From an uncultured Candidatus Rokubacteria bacterium (GTDB lineage: Bacteria > Methylomirabilota > Methylomirabilia > Rokubacteriales > CSP1-6), in contig CAVWWD010000008.1 of assembly GCA_963758635.1 (NCBI GenBank), positions 288,001-352,000 of the forward strand: a stretch of 64,000 bases of DNA. Reading direction: 5' to 3'. Each line of letters starts with the position of its first letter. The stretch's first letter is position 1. Of the stretch, positions 43,315 through 55,786 are shown piece after piece. The notes under the pieces are model-generated. The model was not told where the DNA came from and did not search any database. It worked only from the letters and a program-made list of their open reading frames with translations. The translations under genes were made by a program, and so were the position numbers.

Positions 43315-44241
43315 ATGGGCAACCGCGTTCGCGAGATCCTGAGCTGGTACGGAAGTGATTGTCCCGGCACGCGGACCAACCTGGCCCGCCTGCTGAACCA
43401 CGGCCGGCTGGCCGGGACCGGCCGCCTCGTCATCCTTCCCGTGGACCAGGGCTTCGAGCACGGGCCCGCGCGGAGCTTCGCCGTGAACCCGCCGGCCTAC
43501 GATCCCTCGTATCACTTCCGCCTCGCGCTCGACGCCGGGTGCAACGCCTACGCGGCGCCGCTCGGCTTCCTCGAGGCGGCCGCGGCGGAGTTCGCCGGCG
43601 AGATCCCGCTGATCCTCAAGATGAACAACCACGACGTGCTCCACGACGAGAAGGACCCGCTCTCCGCGGTCACGGCGTCGGTCAAGGACGCGCTCCGGCT
43701 CGGCTGCGTGGCGGTCGGGTTCACCATCTATCCCGGATCCTCGGCGGCGCAGACCATGTACGAGCAGTGCCGCGAGATGATCCTGGAGGCCAAGTCGAAC
43801 GGCCTCGCCGCCGTCGTGTGGTCCTATCCGCGCGGCAGCGACATCAGCAAGGCGGGCGAGACGGCGGTGGACGTGGTGGCCTACGCCGCGCAGATCGCCG
43901 CCCAGCTCGGCGCCCACGTCATCAAGGTGAAGCCGCCCACCGAGCACATCGAGCTGGCCGAGGCCAAGAAGGCGTACGACAAGGCCGGCGTGCCCATCGG
44001 CACGCTCGCCGAGCGCGTGCGGCACGTCGTGCAGTCGGCGTTCGACGGCCGCCGCATCGTGATCTTCTCCGGCGGCGCCACCCGCGAGAACGACGAGGCC
44101 ATCTTCGAGGAATGCCGCGCCATCCGCGACGGCGGCGGCTTCGGGTCCATCATCGGCCGCAACTCGTTCCAGCGGCCGCGCGAGCGGGCCCTCGGCTTCC
44201 TCGACACCGTGATGAAGATCTACTCCGGCGAGGTGAAGTAG
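43315..44241 (+). CDS. fbaB: Fructose-bisphosphate aldolase class I (DhnA/FbaB type)
   Basis: ILPVDQGFEHGP, GFTIYPGS, WSYPRG, HVIKVK, GSIIGRNSFQR. Confidence 0.93.
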   Translation: MGNRVREILSWYGSDCPGTRTNLARLLNHGRLAGTGRLVILPVDQGFEHGPARSFAVNPPAYDPSYHFRLALDAGCNAYAAPLGFLEAAAAEFAGEIPLILKMNNHDVLHDEKDPLSAVTASVKDALRLGCVAVGFTIYPGSSAAQTMYEQCREMILEAKSNGLAAVVWSYPRGSDISKAGETAVDVVAYAAQIAAQLGAHVIKVKPPTEHIELAEAKKAYDKAGVPIGTLAERVRHVVQSAFDGRRIVIFSGGATRENDEAIFEECRAIRDGGGFGSIIGRNSFQRPRERALGFLDTVMKIYSGEVK

Positions 44242-44280
44242 GCCCGCCGGTCGCCGCGTGTCGCCCGCCGCGCCCGGCGA

Positions 44281-44314
44281 GAAAGGCGTCCGGAACCCTC
44301 TCGGACGCTCTTTC
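44281..44314 (+). terminator. Hairpin after fbaB
   Basis: GAAAGGCGTCCG ... CGGACGCTCTTTC imperfect stem. Confidence 0.45.
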
Positions 44315-44367
44315 GAGCCGGGGCGGCGCTCCACCGGTGAACCCCATCGCGCTGTCCTGACGCCTCC

Positions 44368-44748
44368 TTGACACGCCGGTCGTCGATGCGTCGCCATGAG
44401 GCGTGCACGTGGGGGGCGCCCCTGCGCCGTCGAGCGCTCGCGGCCGTCGCCTACCTCCTGGCCGCGGTCACGCCTCTCGCCGCTCAGGCGCAGGAGACCG
44501 GGAAGGTCCCGCGCGTCGGCATGCTGACGTTGGCGCCCTCGCCTCTCGTGGAGGCCTTCAAGCAAGGAATGCGCGACCTGGGCTATGTCGAGGGTAAGAA
44601 CGTCGTCGTCGAGTACCGGTTCGCGGAAGGACGGGAGGAGCGGGTCCCCGGCCTGGTCGCCGACCTCGTCCGTCTCGAGGTGGACGTCATCGTCGCCGCC
44701 AGCCATGGCGCGGTAGCGGTCAGGCAGGCGACGACCACCATCGAGTGA
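44368..44748 (+). pseudogene. Truncated ABC substrate-binding protein (N-terminal third only)
   Basis: AQAQ..GKVPRVGML, AFKQGMRDLGYVEGKNVVVEYRFAEG, VDVIVA; stops at ATTTIE where the family normally continues TIPIV. Confidence 0.75.
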
Positions 44749-47700
44749 GCGACATGCGCCCCTTCACCGCTCCCGTGACGATCGTCGCCCTTCTGCTCGC
44801 GCTTCTCTCCGCGCCGGGGTCCGCGGCGGCCGCCGACGCTACGGTCGCCGGCTTCAGCCCGCAGGGCACGGTCAAGGACGTCCGGCAGGCGGCGGCGCGC
44901 TTCTCGGAGCCGATGGTGGCCTTCGGCGATCCGCGCGGTGCGCCCGATCCCTTCGTCGTGCAGTGCCCGGAGCCCGGGACGGGCCGCTGGGTCGATCCCC
45001 GGCAGTGGGTGTACGACTTCGCGCGCGACCTTCCCGGCGGTCTCCGTTGCACGTTCCAGCTCCGGCCCGGCCTGCAGACGCTCGACGGGCGGCCGGTCAC
45101 GGCGCCCGGCGCCTTCACGTTCACGACCGGCGGCCCGTCCATCCGCGACTCCACCCCGCGCGCCGGATCGGAGTGGATCGACGAGGAGCAGGCGTTCCTG
45201 CTCGTCCTCGACGCCGCGCCCACGCCGGAATCGCTCGAGCGCCACGTGGGCTTCAGCGTGGAGGGGCTGCCGCAGCGCATCGGCGCGCGCGTTGTCACCG
45301 GCGCGCCACGCAACGCCATTGTCCGCACGCGCTATCCGCGGGGCTCGGCGCCCGGGCCGCTGGTCGTGGTGCTGCAGCCGCGCCAGCGGCTGCCGAACGG
45401 GGCTCGCGTGTCGCTCGTGTGGGGCAAGGACGTGGCCTCGTCGGGCGGCGTGGCCTCGGCGCAGGACCAGGTGCTCCAGTTCAAGGTCCGCCCCCCGTTC
45501 ACCGCCTCGTTCGAGTGCGAGCGCGAGCGACGGGATGCGGGCTGCGTGCCGGTGTCGGCCATGCGCGTGCGTTTCTCCGCCCCCGTGGCCCTGGCCGATG
45601 CCCGGCGCGTCGTGCTCCGGGGGCCGGGCGGGCAGTCGTGGGCCCCCGCGCTCGCCAAGGCGTCCGCCTCCCACGTGGACGGCCTGTCCTTCACGCCGCC
45701 GTTTCCCGAGAGCGCCGCGTTCACCCTCGAGCTGCCCGCCGGCCTTCGCGACGAGTCGGGGCGGTCCCTGGGCAACGCGGCCCGCTTCCCCCTCGCCGTG
45801 CGCACCGAGGCGTTCCCGCCGCTCGCCAAGTTCTCCGCGCGCTTCGGCATCGTCGAGCTGAAGGCGGAGCCCGCGCTGCCCGTCACGCTCCGCAACCTCG
45901 AGCCCGGAGCTTCGCGCGCGCATGGCCGTGGTGCCCGGCGGCCCGCGGCGGCCTCGGCGAGCAGGTGCGCGGGCGCCTGTTTCGCATCCCGCCGGAGCGG
46001 AGCGCCGCGGAGATCCTGGGCTGGATCCGCCGGGTGTCCGGCGCCGACCGTGAGGCCTCGCTCTTCGCCGACGCGAGCGGCGACGCCCGCCCCGAGCCCG
46101 TTCAACCTGCCCAAGCCGAGCGGCCCCCAGCCGATGGAGGTGGTGGGGATCCCCCTGCGTGAGGCCGGTTTCTACGTGGTCGAGCTGGAGAGCCCGCGCC
46201 TCGGCGCGGCGCTGCTCGGCAAGGCCAGGCCGATGTACGTGCCCGCGGCCGCGCTCGTGACCAACCTCTCGGTGCACCTGAAGTGGGGCAAGGAGAGCTC
46301 GCTCGTGTGGGTGACGGCGCTCGACCGCGGCCGCCCGGTGGCGGGCGCGCGCGTCGCCGTGCACGACTGCACGGGCAAGGCAGCTCTGGCGCGGGCCCGA
46401 CGGATCGGACGGCATCGCGCGCGTCGGCGCGCTCCCCGCGCGCGCGCCGACGCCTGGCGCGCTGCAAGGAGCCGCCCGGGAAGCCGTGGGCGGAGACGTT
46501 CGGCAACTTCGCGGGCGGCCTCTTCGTGACCGCGCAGACGCCCGACGACCTGTGCTTCGTGCACTCGAGCTGGGACCAGGGCATCGAGCCGTGGCGATGG
46601 CAGTTCCCGACCAACGGCGAGGACGCCGCGCTGACCGCGCACACGATCCTCGACCGCCCGCTCTTCCGGGCCGGCGAGACCGTGCACATGAAGCACGTGC
46701 TCCGCCTCGGGACGCAGCGCGGCCTGGCGCTGGCGCCGCCGGACAGGCGGCCGACGAAGCTGGTCATCCGCCATCTCGGCAGCGACGAGAACTACGAGCT
46801 GCCGCTCGCATGGGATGCGGCCGGCGTCGCCGAGCACGCGTGGCCGATCCCCGCCGGCGCCAGGCTCGGCAGCTACGAGATCTCCATGGAGCGACCGGCG
46901 CCGGCGGCCCGGCCGGGCCGGGCTCAGGGAGAAGGCCAGGAGGAGGAGGGTCCGCGGAGCTTCACGTCGGGCGGGTTCCAGGTGCAGGAGTTCCGCGTGC
47001 CCCTCATGCGCGGCACGCTTCGGCCGCCCACCGAGCCGCTCGTCGCCGCGTCCGCGTTCCCGGTGGACATCGCCGTGCAGTACCTCGCCGGCGGCGGCGC
47101 CGGCCGTCATGCCGCCACCCTGCGGGCGCAGGTGCGGCCGCGCGGAACGCCGGGCTTCGAGGGCTACGACGAGTTCGTCATCGCCAACGGCGCCGCTCAA
47201 GGAGGGCGATCACCCGCCGCGGCGCGCGTCGAGGACGAGGGCGACGAGGCGGCCCCCGACCCCTCGCCCGCCGCCGCCGTGCACCAGCGCCAGGAGCTGA
47301 CGCTCGACGCGGCAGGGACGGCGCGGGCCACCGTGACCGATCTGCCGAAGGCCGCCGTGCCGCAGACCGTCCTCACCGAGCTGGAGTTCCGCGATCCGAA
47401 CGGCGAGGCGCAGACGGTGTCGGCGCGCGTCCCGCTCTGGCCCGCGCGCTGGCTGGTGGGCATCCGGCCCCGGGCGTGGGCCGCCTCGCGCGAGAGCGTG
47501 CGCGCCGACGTGGTCGTGCTGGACGTGGCGGGCAAGCCGGTCGCCGGCGCGCCGGTGGCGGTCGACGTCCTCGAGCGGAAGCTCTTCTCGCACCGAAAGC
47601 GCCTGGTCGGCGGCTTCTACGCGTACGAGCACGTGGACGAGGTGCGCGCGGTGGGCGCGCTGTGCCGCGGCGTCACCGACGCGCGCGGACGGCTCGCGTG

Positions 47701-50518
47701 CGAGGGCAAGCCTCCCGCCGAGGGGCGGCTCGTGCTGCAGGCCGCCATCGCCGATCCCGAGGGGCGCTCCTCGGCCGCCCACGTGGAAGTCTGGGTGGCC
47801 GGCTCGGCGGAATGGTGGTTCGAGCAGCGGGAGAGCGATCGCATCGACCTCCTGCCCGAGCGGCGCCGCTACGAGCCGGGCGAGACGGCGCGCCTGCAGG
47901 TGCGGATGCCGTTCCGGGCCGCCACCGCGCTCGTCACCGTGGAGCGCGAAGGCGTGCTCGACGCGCGCGTCGTCCCGCTCTCGGGCCGGGAGCCGGTGAT
48001 CGAGCTGCCGATCCAGGCGGCGTGGGCGCCCAACGTCTTCGTCTCCGCGCTCGTGGTCCGCGGCCGCGTCGGCGACGTGCAGCCGACCGCGCTGGTCGAC
48101 CTGGGCCGCCCCGCGTTCAAGCTCGGCATCGCCGAGGTGCGCGTGGGGTGGCGCGCCCACGAGCTCAAGGTGACGGTGGCCGCGGACCGCCCGATATACC
48201 GCACGCGCGAGCGGGCACAGGTGCGCGTGAGCGTGCGCACGGCGGACGGCAAGGCTCCGCCGCCGGGCAGCGAGGTGGCGCTCGCCGCCGTGGACGAGGG
48301 GCTCCTCGAGCTGGCGGCGAACCGGAGCTGGGACGTGCTCGAGGCGATGATGCGCCCGCGGAGCTACGCGGTCGAGACGGCGACGGCGCAGGGCCACGTG
48401 GTCGGCAAGCGCCACTTCGGCCGGAAGGCGGTGCCGCCCGGCGGGGGCGGCGGCCGCGCCACCACGCGCGAGCTGTTCGACACGCTGCTGCTCTGGAAGG
48501 GGCGCGTGGCGCTCGACGCCACCGGCGAGGCGCGCGTCGAGGTGCCGCTGAACGACTCGATCACGTCGTTCCGGATCGTCGCCGTGGCGACGGGCGGGGT
48601 CGGACGCTTCGGCACCGGCGCCACCTCGATCCGCGCGACCCAGGACCTGATGGTGCTGCCGGGCATCGCGCCGGTCGTCCGCGAGGGCGACCGCGTCGCC
48701 GCCGAGGTCACGCTGCGCAATGCCACGCAGCGACCGATGCAGGTGCACCTGACCGGGCGCGTGGCCGGCCTCGCCGAGGCGCTGGCGCCGCGCGACGTGG
48801 CGCTGGCGCCGGGCGAGGCCCGGGCGGTTGGCTGGGACGTCACGGTTCCCGCCGGGGTGAGCGCGCTCGGCTGGGAGATCGAGGCCGCGGAGCGCGGGGC
48901 GGCCCCGGCGCGCGCGGCGGATCGGCTGCGGGTGACCCAGCGCGTGGCGCCCGCGGTGCCGGTGCGCGTGTACCAGGCCACGCTCGAGCAGCTCGACCGG
49001 CCGCTCCGGGTCACGGTCGAGCGCCCGGCCGACGCGCTGGCGGGAGCGGGCGGGGTGGCGGTGCGTCTCGCGCCGACCCTCACCGAGGGCCTGGTCACCG
49101 TGCGGGACTGGATGGCCCGCTATCCCTACACGTGCCTCGAGCAGCAGGTGTCGCGCGCCGTGGCGCTGCGCGACGAGAAGCGCTGGCGCGAGATCGCCGG
49201 CGAGCTGCCGGCCTTCCAGGACGGCGACGGGCTCCTCAAGTACTTCCCGACGATGACCTGGGGCAGCGAGATCCTCACCGCCTACGTCCTCGCGGTCTCC
49301 CACGAGGCGGGCTGGACGCTCCCGGCGGAGGTCCAGACGCGCGCCGAGGCGGGGCTCAAGGCCTTCGTCAAGGGCACGCTGCGCCAGCGGCGAGCCGCTC
49401 CTCACCGCGGACCTCTCGATCCGCAAGCTCGCCGCGATCGAGGCGCTCTCGCGCTTCGGCAAGGCCGAGCCGGAGCTCCTCGGCAGCCTCATGATCGAGC
49501 CCGCGCTCTGGCCGACCTCCGCGCGTGCTGGACTGGTGGAGCGTGCTGCACCGGATGCGCAGCGCCCCGAGCCGGGCGCCCCGTCTGGCCGAGGCCGAGC
49601 AGATCCTCCGCGCCCGCCTCAACGTGCAGGGGACCACGCTCGGCTTCTCCACGGAGAAGAGCGACGGCCTCTGGTGGCTCATGGTGTCCGCCGACGGCAA
49701 CGCGGCGCGGCTGATCCTGCACCTGCTCGAGAGCGGCCAGTGGCGCGACGAGGTCCCGCGGCTCGTGCGCGGCGCCCTCGGACGCCGCCGCGGCGGGCAC
49801 TGGGACCTGACGGTGGCCAACGCGTGGGCCACGCTGGCGGTGGAGAAGTTCTCGCGCGCGTTCGAGGCGACGCCGGTGGCGGGCGCCAGCACCGCGACGC
49901 TGGCGGGAACCGCGCGCCGGATCGACTGGACGGCTGGCGCCGAAGGGCGGGCAGGCCACGTTCCCGTGGCCGGCGCGCCGCGACGACGTGGTGGTGGAGC
50001 ACGCCGGGACGGGCCGCCCGTGGGTCACGGTCGAGTCGCGCGCCGCGGTGCCGCTACGCGCCCCGCTGTCGAGCGGCTACCGGATCGGCGCGGACGCTCG
50101 ACGCTGGTCGAGGGCGCGCGCCCCGCCGAGCCGCGCGCACCGGGACAGTGGCGGCGCGGCGACCTCGTGCGCGTCACGCTCGAGGTGGAGGCGCAGGCCG
50201 ACATGACGTGGGTGGTGGTCGACGATCCGATCCCGGCCGGCGCCTCCCACGTGGGCAGCGGTCTGGCGCGGGACTCGGCCATCGCGCGGGCGGGCGAGCG
50301 GCAGGCTGGCCGGGCGTGGCCCGCGTTCCAGGAGCGCGGGTTCGAGGGATTCCGCGCGTACTACGAGTACGCTGCCGAAGGGGACATTCACGCTCTCGTA
50401 CACGCTGCGGCTGAACCAGGCCGGCCGCTTCCAGCTCCCGACCACCCGGGTCGAGGCGCTCTACGCGCCCGAGGCGTTCGGAGAGCTTCCCAACGCCGCG
50501 ATCGAGGTGCTGCCGTGA
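44745..50518 (+). CDS. Bacterial alpha-2-macroglobulin (multiple frameshifts)
   Basis: Signal peptide, LVTNL.VH.K, DRPLFRAGETV, ERRRYEPGE, AVDEG, LNDSITSFRI, thioester YPYTCLEQ (49121-49144), C-terminal TRVEALYAPE. Confidence 0.9.
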
Positions 50519-52701
50519 GCCGTCGCCAGGCCGTGCTCGCCGGCGGCGGCATCGCCGCCCTCGTCGCGGGCGGCGTGGCGCTCTGGCTCTTCGTCCTCGC
50601 GGCGCCGGGTCCGGTGCCCTCGTTCGCCCAGGTGCGATCGCGGCATCGGCCCTCCGATCTGCGGCTCCTGGACCGCCACGGCGAGGTGATCCACGAGCAC
50701 CGGACGGATCCCCAGCGCCGGCGCCTGCGCTGGACCCGCCTGGACGAGGTCTCGCCCGCGCTGCGCGCCGCCGTGCTGGAGGCCGAGGATCGCCGGTTCC
50801 TGCGCCACGCGGGCGTCGACACGTACGCCGTCGCCGCCGCCGTCCTCGAGCGGCTGACCGGCCGGGGCGCGCGCGGGGCCAGCACGGTGACGATGCAGCT
50901 GGCCGCCTTCCTCGACCCGGGCCTGCGCCATCGCGGCGAGGCGCGGACGCTCGTCCAGAAGTGGCGGCAGATGCGGCTGGCGCTGGCCATCGAGAAGGGC
51001 TGGACCAAGGACGGAGATCCTGGAGGCCTACCTCAACCTGGCGACGTTCCGCGGCGAGCTGGATGGGATCCGCGCGGCGGCGAGCCTGCTCTTCGCCAAG
51101 GAGCCGCACGGCATCACCGAGGCCGAGGCCGCGGTGCTCGCCGCGCTCCTGCGCGCGCCCAACGCGCGGCCGGACGCGGTGGCCCGTCGCGCCGGCGGGC
51201 TGGCCGGCCGCCTCGGCTCTCGCCTAGGCGCCTCCGCGCTGGACTCGGCGGTGGCGATCGCCATGGCTCCGGCGCCGGGACCGGGGCCCCGCGTGGCGCT
51301 CGCGCCGCACGCGGCGGCGCGCCTGGCGCCGGCCTGGGGGCGCGGCGCGCCCTCCGGCGCGGACGTCGCGTCCACCCTCGACGCGGCGGTCCAGCAGGCG
51401 GCGGCCGAGGCGCTCAGGCGCCACCTCACCGCCGTGCGCGCGCGCGGCGTCAGGGACGGCGCGGTGCTGGTGGTCGACAACGACAGCGGCGACGTGCTCG
51501 CCTACGTGCGGCGGCGATCCCGAGCGCGGCAGCGCGCGGTACGTGAGCGGCATCCACGCGCGGCGCCAGGCCGGCTCGTCGCTCAAGCCGTTCCTCTACG
51601 CGCTGGCCTTCGACGAGCGGCTTCTCACGCCGGCCTCGCTCCTCGAGGACTCGCCGCTCGAGATCGCCGTGGCGGGCGGCCTCTACCGGCCGCGGAACTA
51701 CGACGGCGAGTTTCGCGGGCTCGTCAGCGCGCGCACGGCGCTGGCCTCGTCGCTGAACGTGCCCGCGGTGCGGGCGCTCGACCTCGCGGGGGTGGAGGCA
51801 GCCCTCGACCGGCTCCGGCGGCTCGGCTTCTCCGGGCTCGTCGAGGACGGCGACTTCTACGGGCCGTCGCTGGCGCTGGGATCGGCCGACGTGAGCCTCT
51901 GGGAGCTGGTCGGCGCGTATCGGGCGCTCGCCCGCGGGGGCGTGTGGAGCCCGATCCGGCTCTCGCCCGCCGACCCCGCGGAGCCCGTCCGCCGCGTGTA
52001 CTCGGCCGAGGCCGCCCACCTGGTAGGCCACATCCTGGCCGACCGCGAGAGCCGCGGCGCCACCTTCGGGCTCGAGAGCCCGCTCGCCACTCCGTTCTGG
52101 ACCGCGGTGAAGACCGGCACCAGCAAGGAGATGCGCGACAACTGGTGCGTGGGGTTCTCCCGCCGCTACACGGTCGGGGTCTGGGTGGGCAACTTCTCCG
52201 GCGAGCCCATGCGCGACGTGAGCGGGGTCACGGGCGCCGCGCCGATCTGGTCCGACCTGATGGCGTGGCTCCACCGGTCGGCGCCGAGCCGTCCGCCCGC
52301 CGCGCCCGCGGGTGTCGTATCGCGCCCGATCCGGTTCCCCGCCGGGTCCGAGCCGCGCCGGCGTCGAGTGGTTCCTGGCCGGGACCGAGCCGGACGCGGC
52401 CACGCCGGCCCCCGCCGCCGGCCGAGCGCGGATCGTCGCGCCGGTGGGCGGCACCGTGATCGCCCTCGATCCGGACATCCCGCGCGACCTGCAGCGGGTG
52501 GTGCTGGAGGCGACCGGACCGACGGCGGGCGCCCGCTTCACGGTGGATGGGCAGCCGGTCGGGTCGGGGGGCGGCCTCGTCGTGTGGCCGCCCGTCCCCG
52601 GCCGTCACGTGGTGGCGCTCCTGGACGCCGACGACCGCGAGGTGGACCGGGTGCGGATCGAGGTCCGGGGTCCGGGGAGCTCGCGCGCTCCCCGAAAATA
52701 G
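50515..52701 (+). CDS. pbpC: Penicillin-binding protein 1C (multiple frameshifts)
   Basis: Transglycosylase EDRRF..H.GVD, GASTVTMQ; transpeptidase GSSLKP, SLN, KTGTS; directly downstream of the A2M gene. Confidence 0.92.
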
Positions 52702-52735
52702 GGGGCGCGAGAGGTCGCCCGGTATAATCGCGGCC

Positions 52736-53056
52736 ATGAGAGAGACGCCTTCGCTGCTCAAGCTCACGTCCGTCGCCCTCGTCACGATCCTGATCCTGAC
52801 CTTCGCGGCGCCGGCCAAGGCGGAAGCGATAGACCCGGCGCTCGCGATCAGCCTCGCCGGCCTCGCCGTCGTCGCCGTCATCATCATCGTGTATCTTGTG
52901 GTGGCGAACACACGCGGGCCGAAGATGCAGAGCGAGAGCGAGGAGGCGCCGTCGCGAATGGCGTGCCTCCAGGTCGACGGGGTCACGCAGAGCTGCTGGA
53001 CGGTGGCGGGGACGGCGATGTCGCCCGACCTTCCGGAGGCCGCGCCGCAGTCGTAG
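52736..53056 (+). CDS. Small hypothetical membrane protein
   Basis: Signal-like segment plus one TM helix and two Cys; TATAAT 7 nt upstream. Confidence 0.65.
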   Translation: MRETPSLLKLTSVALVTILILTFAAPAKAEAIDPALAISLAGLAVVAVIIIVYLVVANTRGPKMQSESEEAPSRMACLQVDGVTQSCWTVAGTAMSPDLPEAAPQS

Positions 53057-53111
53057 GAGGAGCCCCGCAGGTCTCGCCCGGCTGGTCCCGAGAAAGAGCA
53101 GAGGCGTCCCC

Positions 53112-54788
53112 ATGGCTCACCAGTTCGTCTTCACGCTGAAGGATCTTCGCAAGGTCGTCCCGCCCAAGCGCGAGGTGCTGCGCGGCATCTGGCTGTCGTT
53201 CTTCCCCGGCGCCAAGATCGGCGTGCTCGGCGCCAACGGCGCGGGCAAGAGCACGCTGCTGCGGATCATGGCCGGGGTGGACGGGGACTTCCAGGGCGAG
53301 GTGTGGCGTGCCCCCGACATGCGCATCGGCTACCTGCCGCAGGAGCCGCAGCTCGACCCCGGCCTCGACGTGCGCGGCAACGTGGAGGAGGGCGTGGCCG
53401 AGGTGCGCGGACTCCTCACGCGCTTCGACGAGATCAACGCCCGGCTCGGCGATCCCGAGGCCGCGGACGAGATGGAGGACCTGCTCGAGGAGCAGGCCAA
53501 GGTGCAGGACGCCATCGAGGCGGCCAACGGCTGGGACCTCGACCGGACCGTGGAGATCGCCATGGACGCGCTCCGCGTGCCCGCGGGCGACACGGACGTG
53601 GCCACGCTCTCGGGCGGCGAGCGCCGGCGCGTGGCGCTCTGCCGGCTCCTCCTGTCCAAGCCGGACGTGCTGCTCCTGGACGAGCCCACGAACCACCTCG
53701 ACGCCGAGTCGGTGGCGTGGCTCGAGCGGTACCTGAAGGAGTACCCGGGCACCGTCGTCGCCATCACGCACGACCGGTACTTCCTCGACAACGTGGCGGG
53801 CTGGATCCTCGAGCTGGACCGCGGCGCGGGCATCCCCTGGGAGGGCAACTACTCCTCGTGGCTCGATCAGAAGCGCCAGCGCCTCGCCGTGGAGGAGAAG
53901 CAGGAGACGGCGCGGCAGCGCACGCTCGAGCGCGAGCTCGACTGGGTGCGCATGGCCCCGCGGGCCCGGCAGGCCAAGTCCAAGGCGCGCCTGGCCTCGT
54001 ACGAGCAGCTCCTCGCCGAGGACCGCGAGGCGCGCGAGGGCGCGGCGGAGATCGTGATCCCCAACGGCCCTCGGCTTGGCGACGTGGTCGTCCAGGCCGA
54101 GAAGCTGGTGAAGGGCTACGGCGACCGGCTGCTGATCGACGGGCTCACGATGAGCCTGCCGCGCGGTGGGATCGTCGGCGTGATCGGCGCCAACGGCGCG
54201 GGCAAGACGACGCTCTTCCGCATGATCACGGGCGAGGAAAAGCCGGACGCGGGCGAGCTCCGCGTGGGCGAGTCGGTGCGGGCCGCCTACGTCGACCAGA
54301 GCCGGGACGTTCTCGACGCGAGCCGCACGGTGTGGCAGGAGATCTCCGGCGGCGCCGAGCAGCTCCAGCTCGGCAACCGGCAGGTCGCTTCGCGCGCCTA
54401 CGTGGCCTCGTTCAACTTCAAGGGGGCCGATCAGCAGAAGCGGGTGGGGGACCTCTCGGGCGGCGAGCGGAACCGGGTCCACCTCGCCCGGATGCTCAAG
54501 AGCGGGGGCAACCTGCTGCTGCTCGACGAGCCGACCAACGACCTCGACGTGGACACCCTCCGCGCCCTCGAGGACGCGCTCCTCGACTTCGCGGGGTGCG
54601 TGGTGGTGATCAGCCACGACCGCTGGTTCCTGGACCGCATCGCCACCCACATGCTCGCGTTCGAGGACGAGAGCCAGGTGGTGTGGTTCGAGGGCAACTA
54701 CCAGGACTACGAGGCGGACCGCAAGAAGCGCCTGGGCGCGGCGGCGGACACGCCGCACCGGCTCCGCTACAAGCCGATCAACCGCTAG
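53112..54788 (+). CDS. ettA: Energy-dependent translational throttle protein EttA (ABC-F)
   Basis: [51 protein letters not shown]. Confidence 0.96.
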   Translation: MAHQFVFTLKDLRKVVPPKREVLRGIWLSFFPGAKIGVLGANGAGKSTLLRIMAGVDGDFQGEVWRAPDMRIGYLPQEPQLDPGLDVRGNVEEGVAEVRGLLTRFDEINARLGDPEAADEMEDLLEEQAKVQDAIEAANGWDLDRTVEIAMDALRVPAGDTDVATLSGGERRRVALCRLLLSKPDVLLLDEPTNHLDAESVAWLERYLKEYPGTVVAITHDRYFLDNVAGWILELDRGAGIPWEGNYSSWLDQKRQRLAVEEKQETARQRTLERELDWVRMAPRARQAKSKARLASYEQLLAEDREAREGAAEIVIPNGPRLGDVVVQAEKLVKGYGDRLLIDGLTMSLPRGGIVGVIGANGAGKTTLFRMITGEEKPDAGELRVGESVRAAYVDQSRDVLDASRTVWQEISGGAEQLQLGNRQVASRAYVASFNFKGADQQKRVGDLSGGERNRVHLARMLKSGGNLLLLDEPTNDLDVDTLRALEDALLDFAGCVVVISHDRWFLDRIATHMLAFEDESQVVWFEGNYQDYEADRKKRLGAAADTPHRLRYKPINR

Positions 54789-54821
54789 CGTCTCGCGCTC
54801 CAATCCGGTCGCGCGAGGCGC

Positions 54822-54969
54822 GGGGCGGCGGGGAGGCCGCGGGGGTCGCGGAACCACGCCGCACGCGTCCGCTGCCCCGCTGGGACTGGGCTCCATCCGG
54901 GCGCGCTGGGTACGTTGACCGAAGGAGGGGAAGGGCCCCGCGACCCCCGCGGCCTCCCCACCGCCCCAC
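54822..54969 (+). repeat. Repeat family C (MITE-like), left copy
   Basis: About 148 bp with its own ~30-bp terminal inverted repeats; reverse complement of 55611-55759 with one mismatch seen. Confidence 0.92.
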
Positions 54970-55112
54970 TCGTGCCGCTGTTGGCGACGGCGGGCGGCGG
55001 TTAGTCCGCCCACCCAGGGCAGGTCTTGAATTGGACATCTCGCCGGCAGGCGCGAAGCCGCTGCCGATGTCCCGGCGATGGAGGGGCGACGGGCGAATTC
55101 GGGCTCGTCGGC

Positions 55113-55334
55113 CTACTGGTACGGACCGCCGGCGGATTGGTATCGTTCGACTTCGTGCCTGCCCCTTTCGGCCGCCGCGTCAGGCCTTGGCTGCCGATTG
55201 CGCGCGAAGAGATACGCGAGCCCTGCGAGCCCACAGACTACAGTCAGCAGCCCCGCCAGCACCGGTAGCCCTGCCCACCATATCGCGGCCATAGTCGCGA
55301 CGAAAAGCATGAGCCAACCGATCGGTCTCATCAT
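55113..55334 (-). CDS. Small two-TM membrane protein in the repeat-flanked cargo
   Basis: GAGGAGGAG RBS; 73 aa with a hydrophobic hairpin and charged tail. Confidence 0.6.
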   Translation of the reverse strand: MMRPIGWLMLFVATMAAIWWAGLPVLAGLLTVVCGLAGLAYLFARNRQPRPDAAAERGRHEVERYQSAGGPYQ

Positions 55335-55610
55335 TCGGGTCTCCTCCTCACGCTACTTCGGGCTGGCGTCCAGGAGCGTCTCCCACACGAGGACCACCCA
55401 TAAGCTTGTGCTGTGCCGGCGGCTCCTGAGGCGGCCGGCGTCCGAGCCTGGGCGATTATGTCACGGGGACGCATCCTCCATCGCGCGCGCAGCGCCGCGC
55501 GTCCGAGGCAACGCCCCGGACCTCGAACGACCCCAGCCCGGAGATCAAACGGTCGCGTCCCCACCCCGACGTTGGGTTCCTGAACGAAGGCTGACAACAG
55601 CGGTTCGCGG

Positions 55611-55759
55611 GTGGGGCGGTGGGGAGGCCGCGGGGGTCGCGGGGCCCTTCCCCTCCATCGGTCAACGTACCCAGCGCGCCCGGATGGAGCCCAGTCCCAG
55701 CGGGGCAGCGGACGCGTGCGGCGTGGTTCCGCGACCCCCGCGGCCTCCCCGCCGCCCCC
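55611..55759 (-). repeat. Repeat family C (MITE-like), right inverted copy
   Basis: Reverse complement of 54822-54969. Confidence 0.92.
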
Positions 55760-55786
55760 GGCCGAGCGCGGAAGGTCGAGGAGGCG

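Noticed and set aside
55331..55597. 88-aa ORF in the repeat-flanked cargo
   Set aside because: No recognisable motif or convincing start; cannot be supported from sequence alone.
54970..55610. Integron cassette with attC sites
   Set aside because: No convincing paired RYYYAAC/GTTRRRY boxes and no integrase; the flanking repeats are inverted, not direct.
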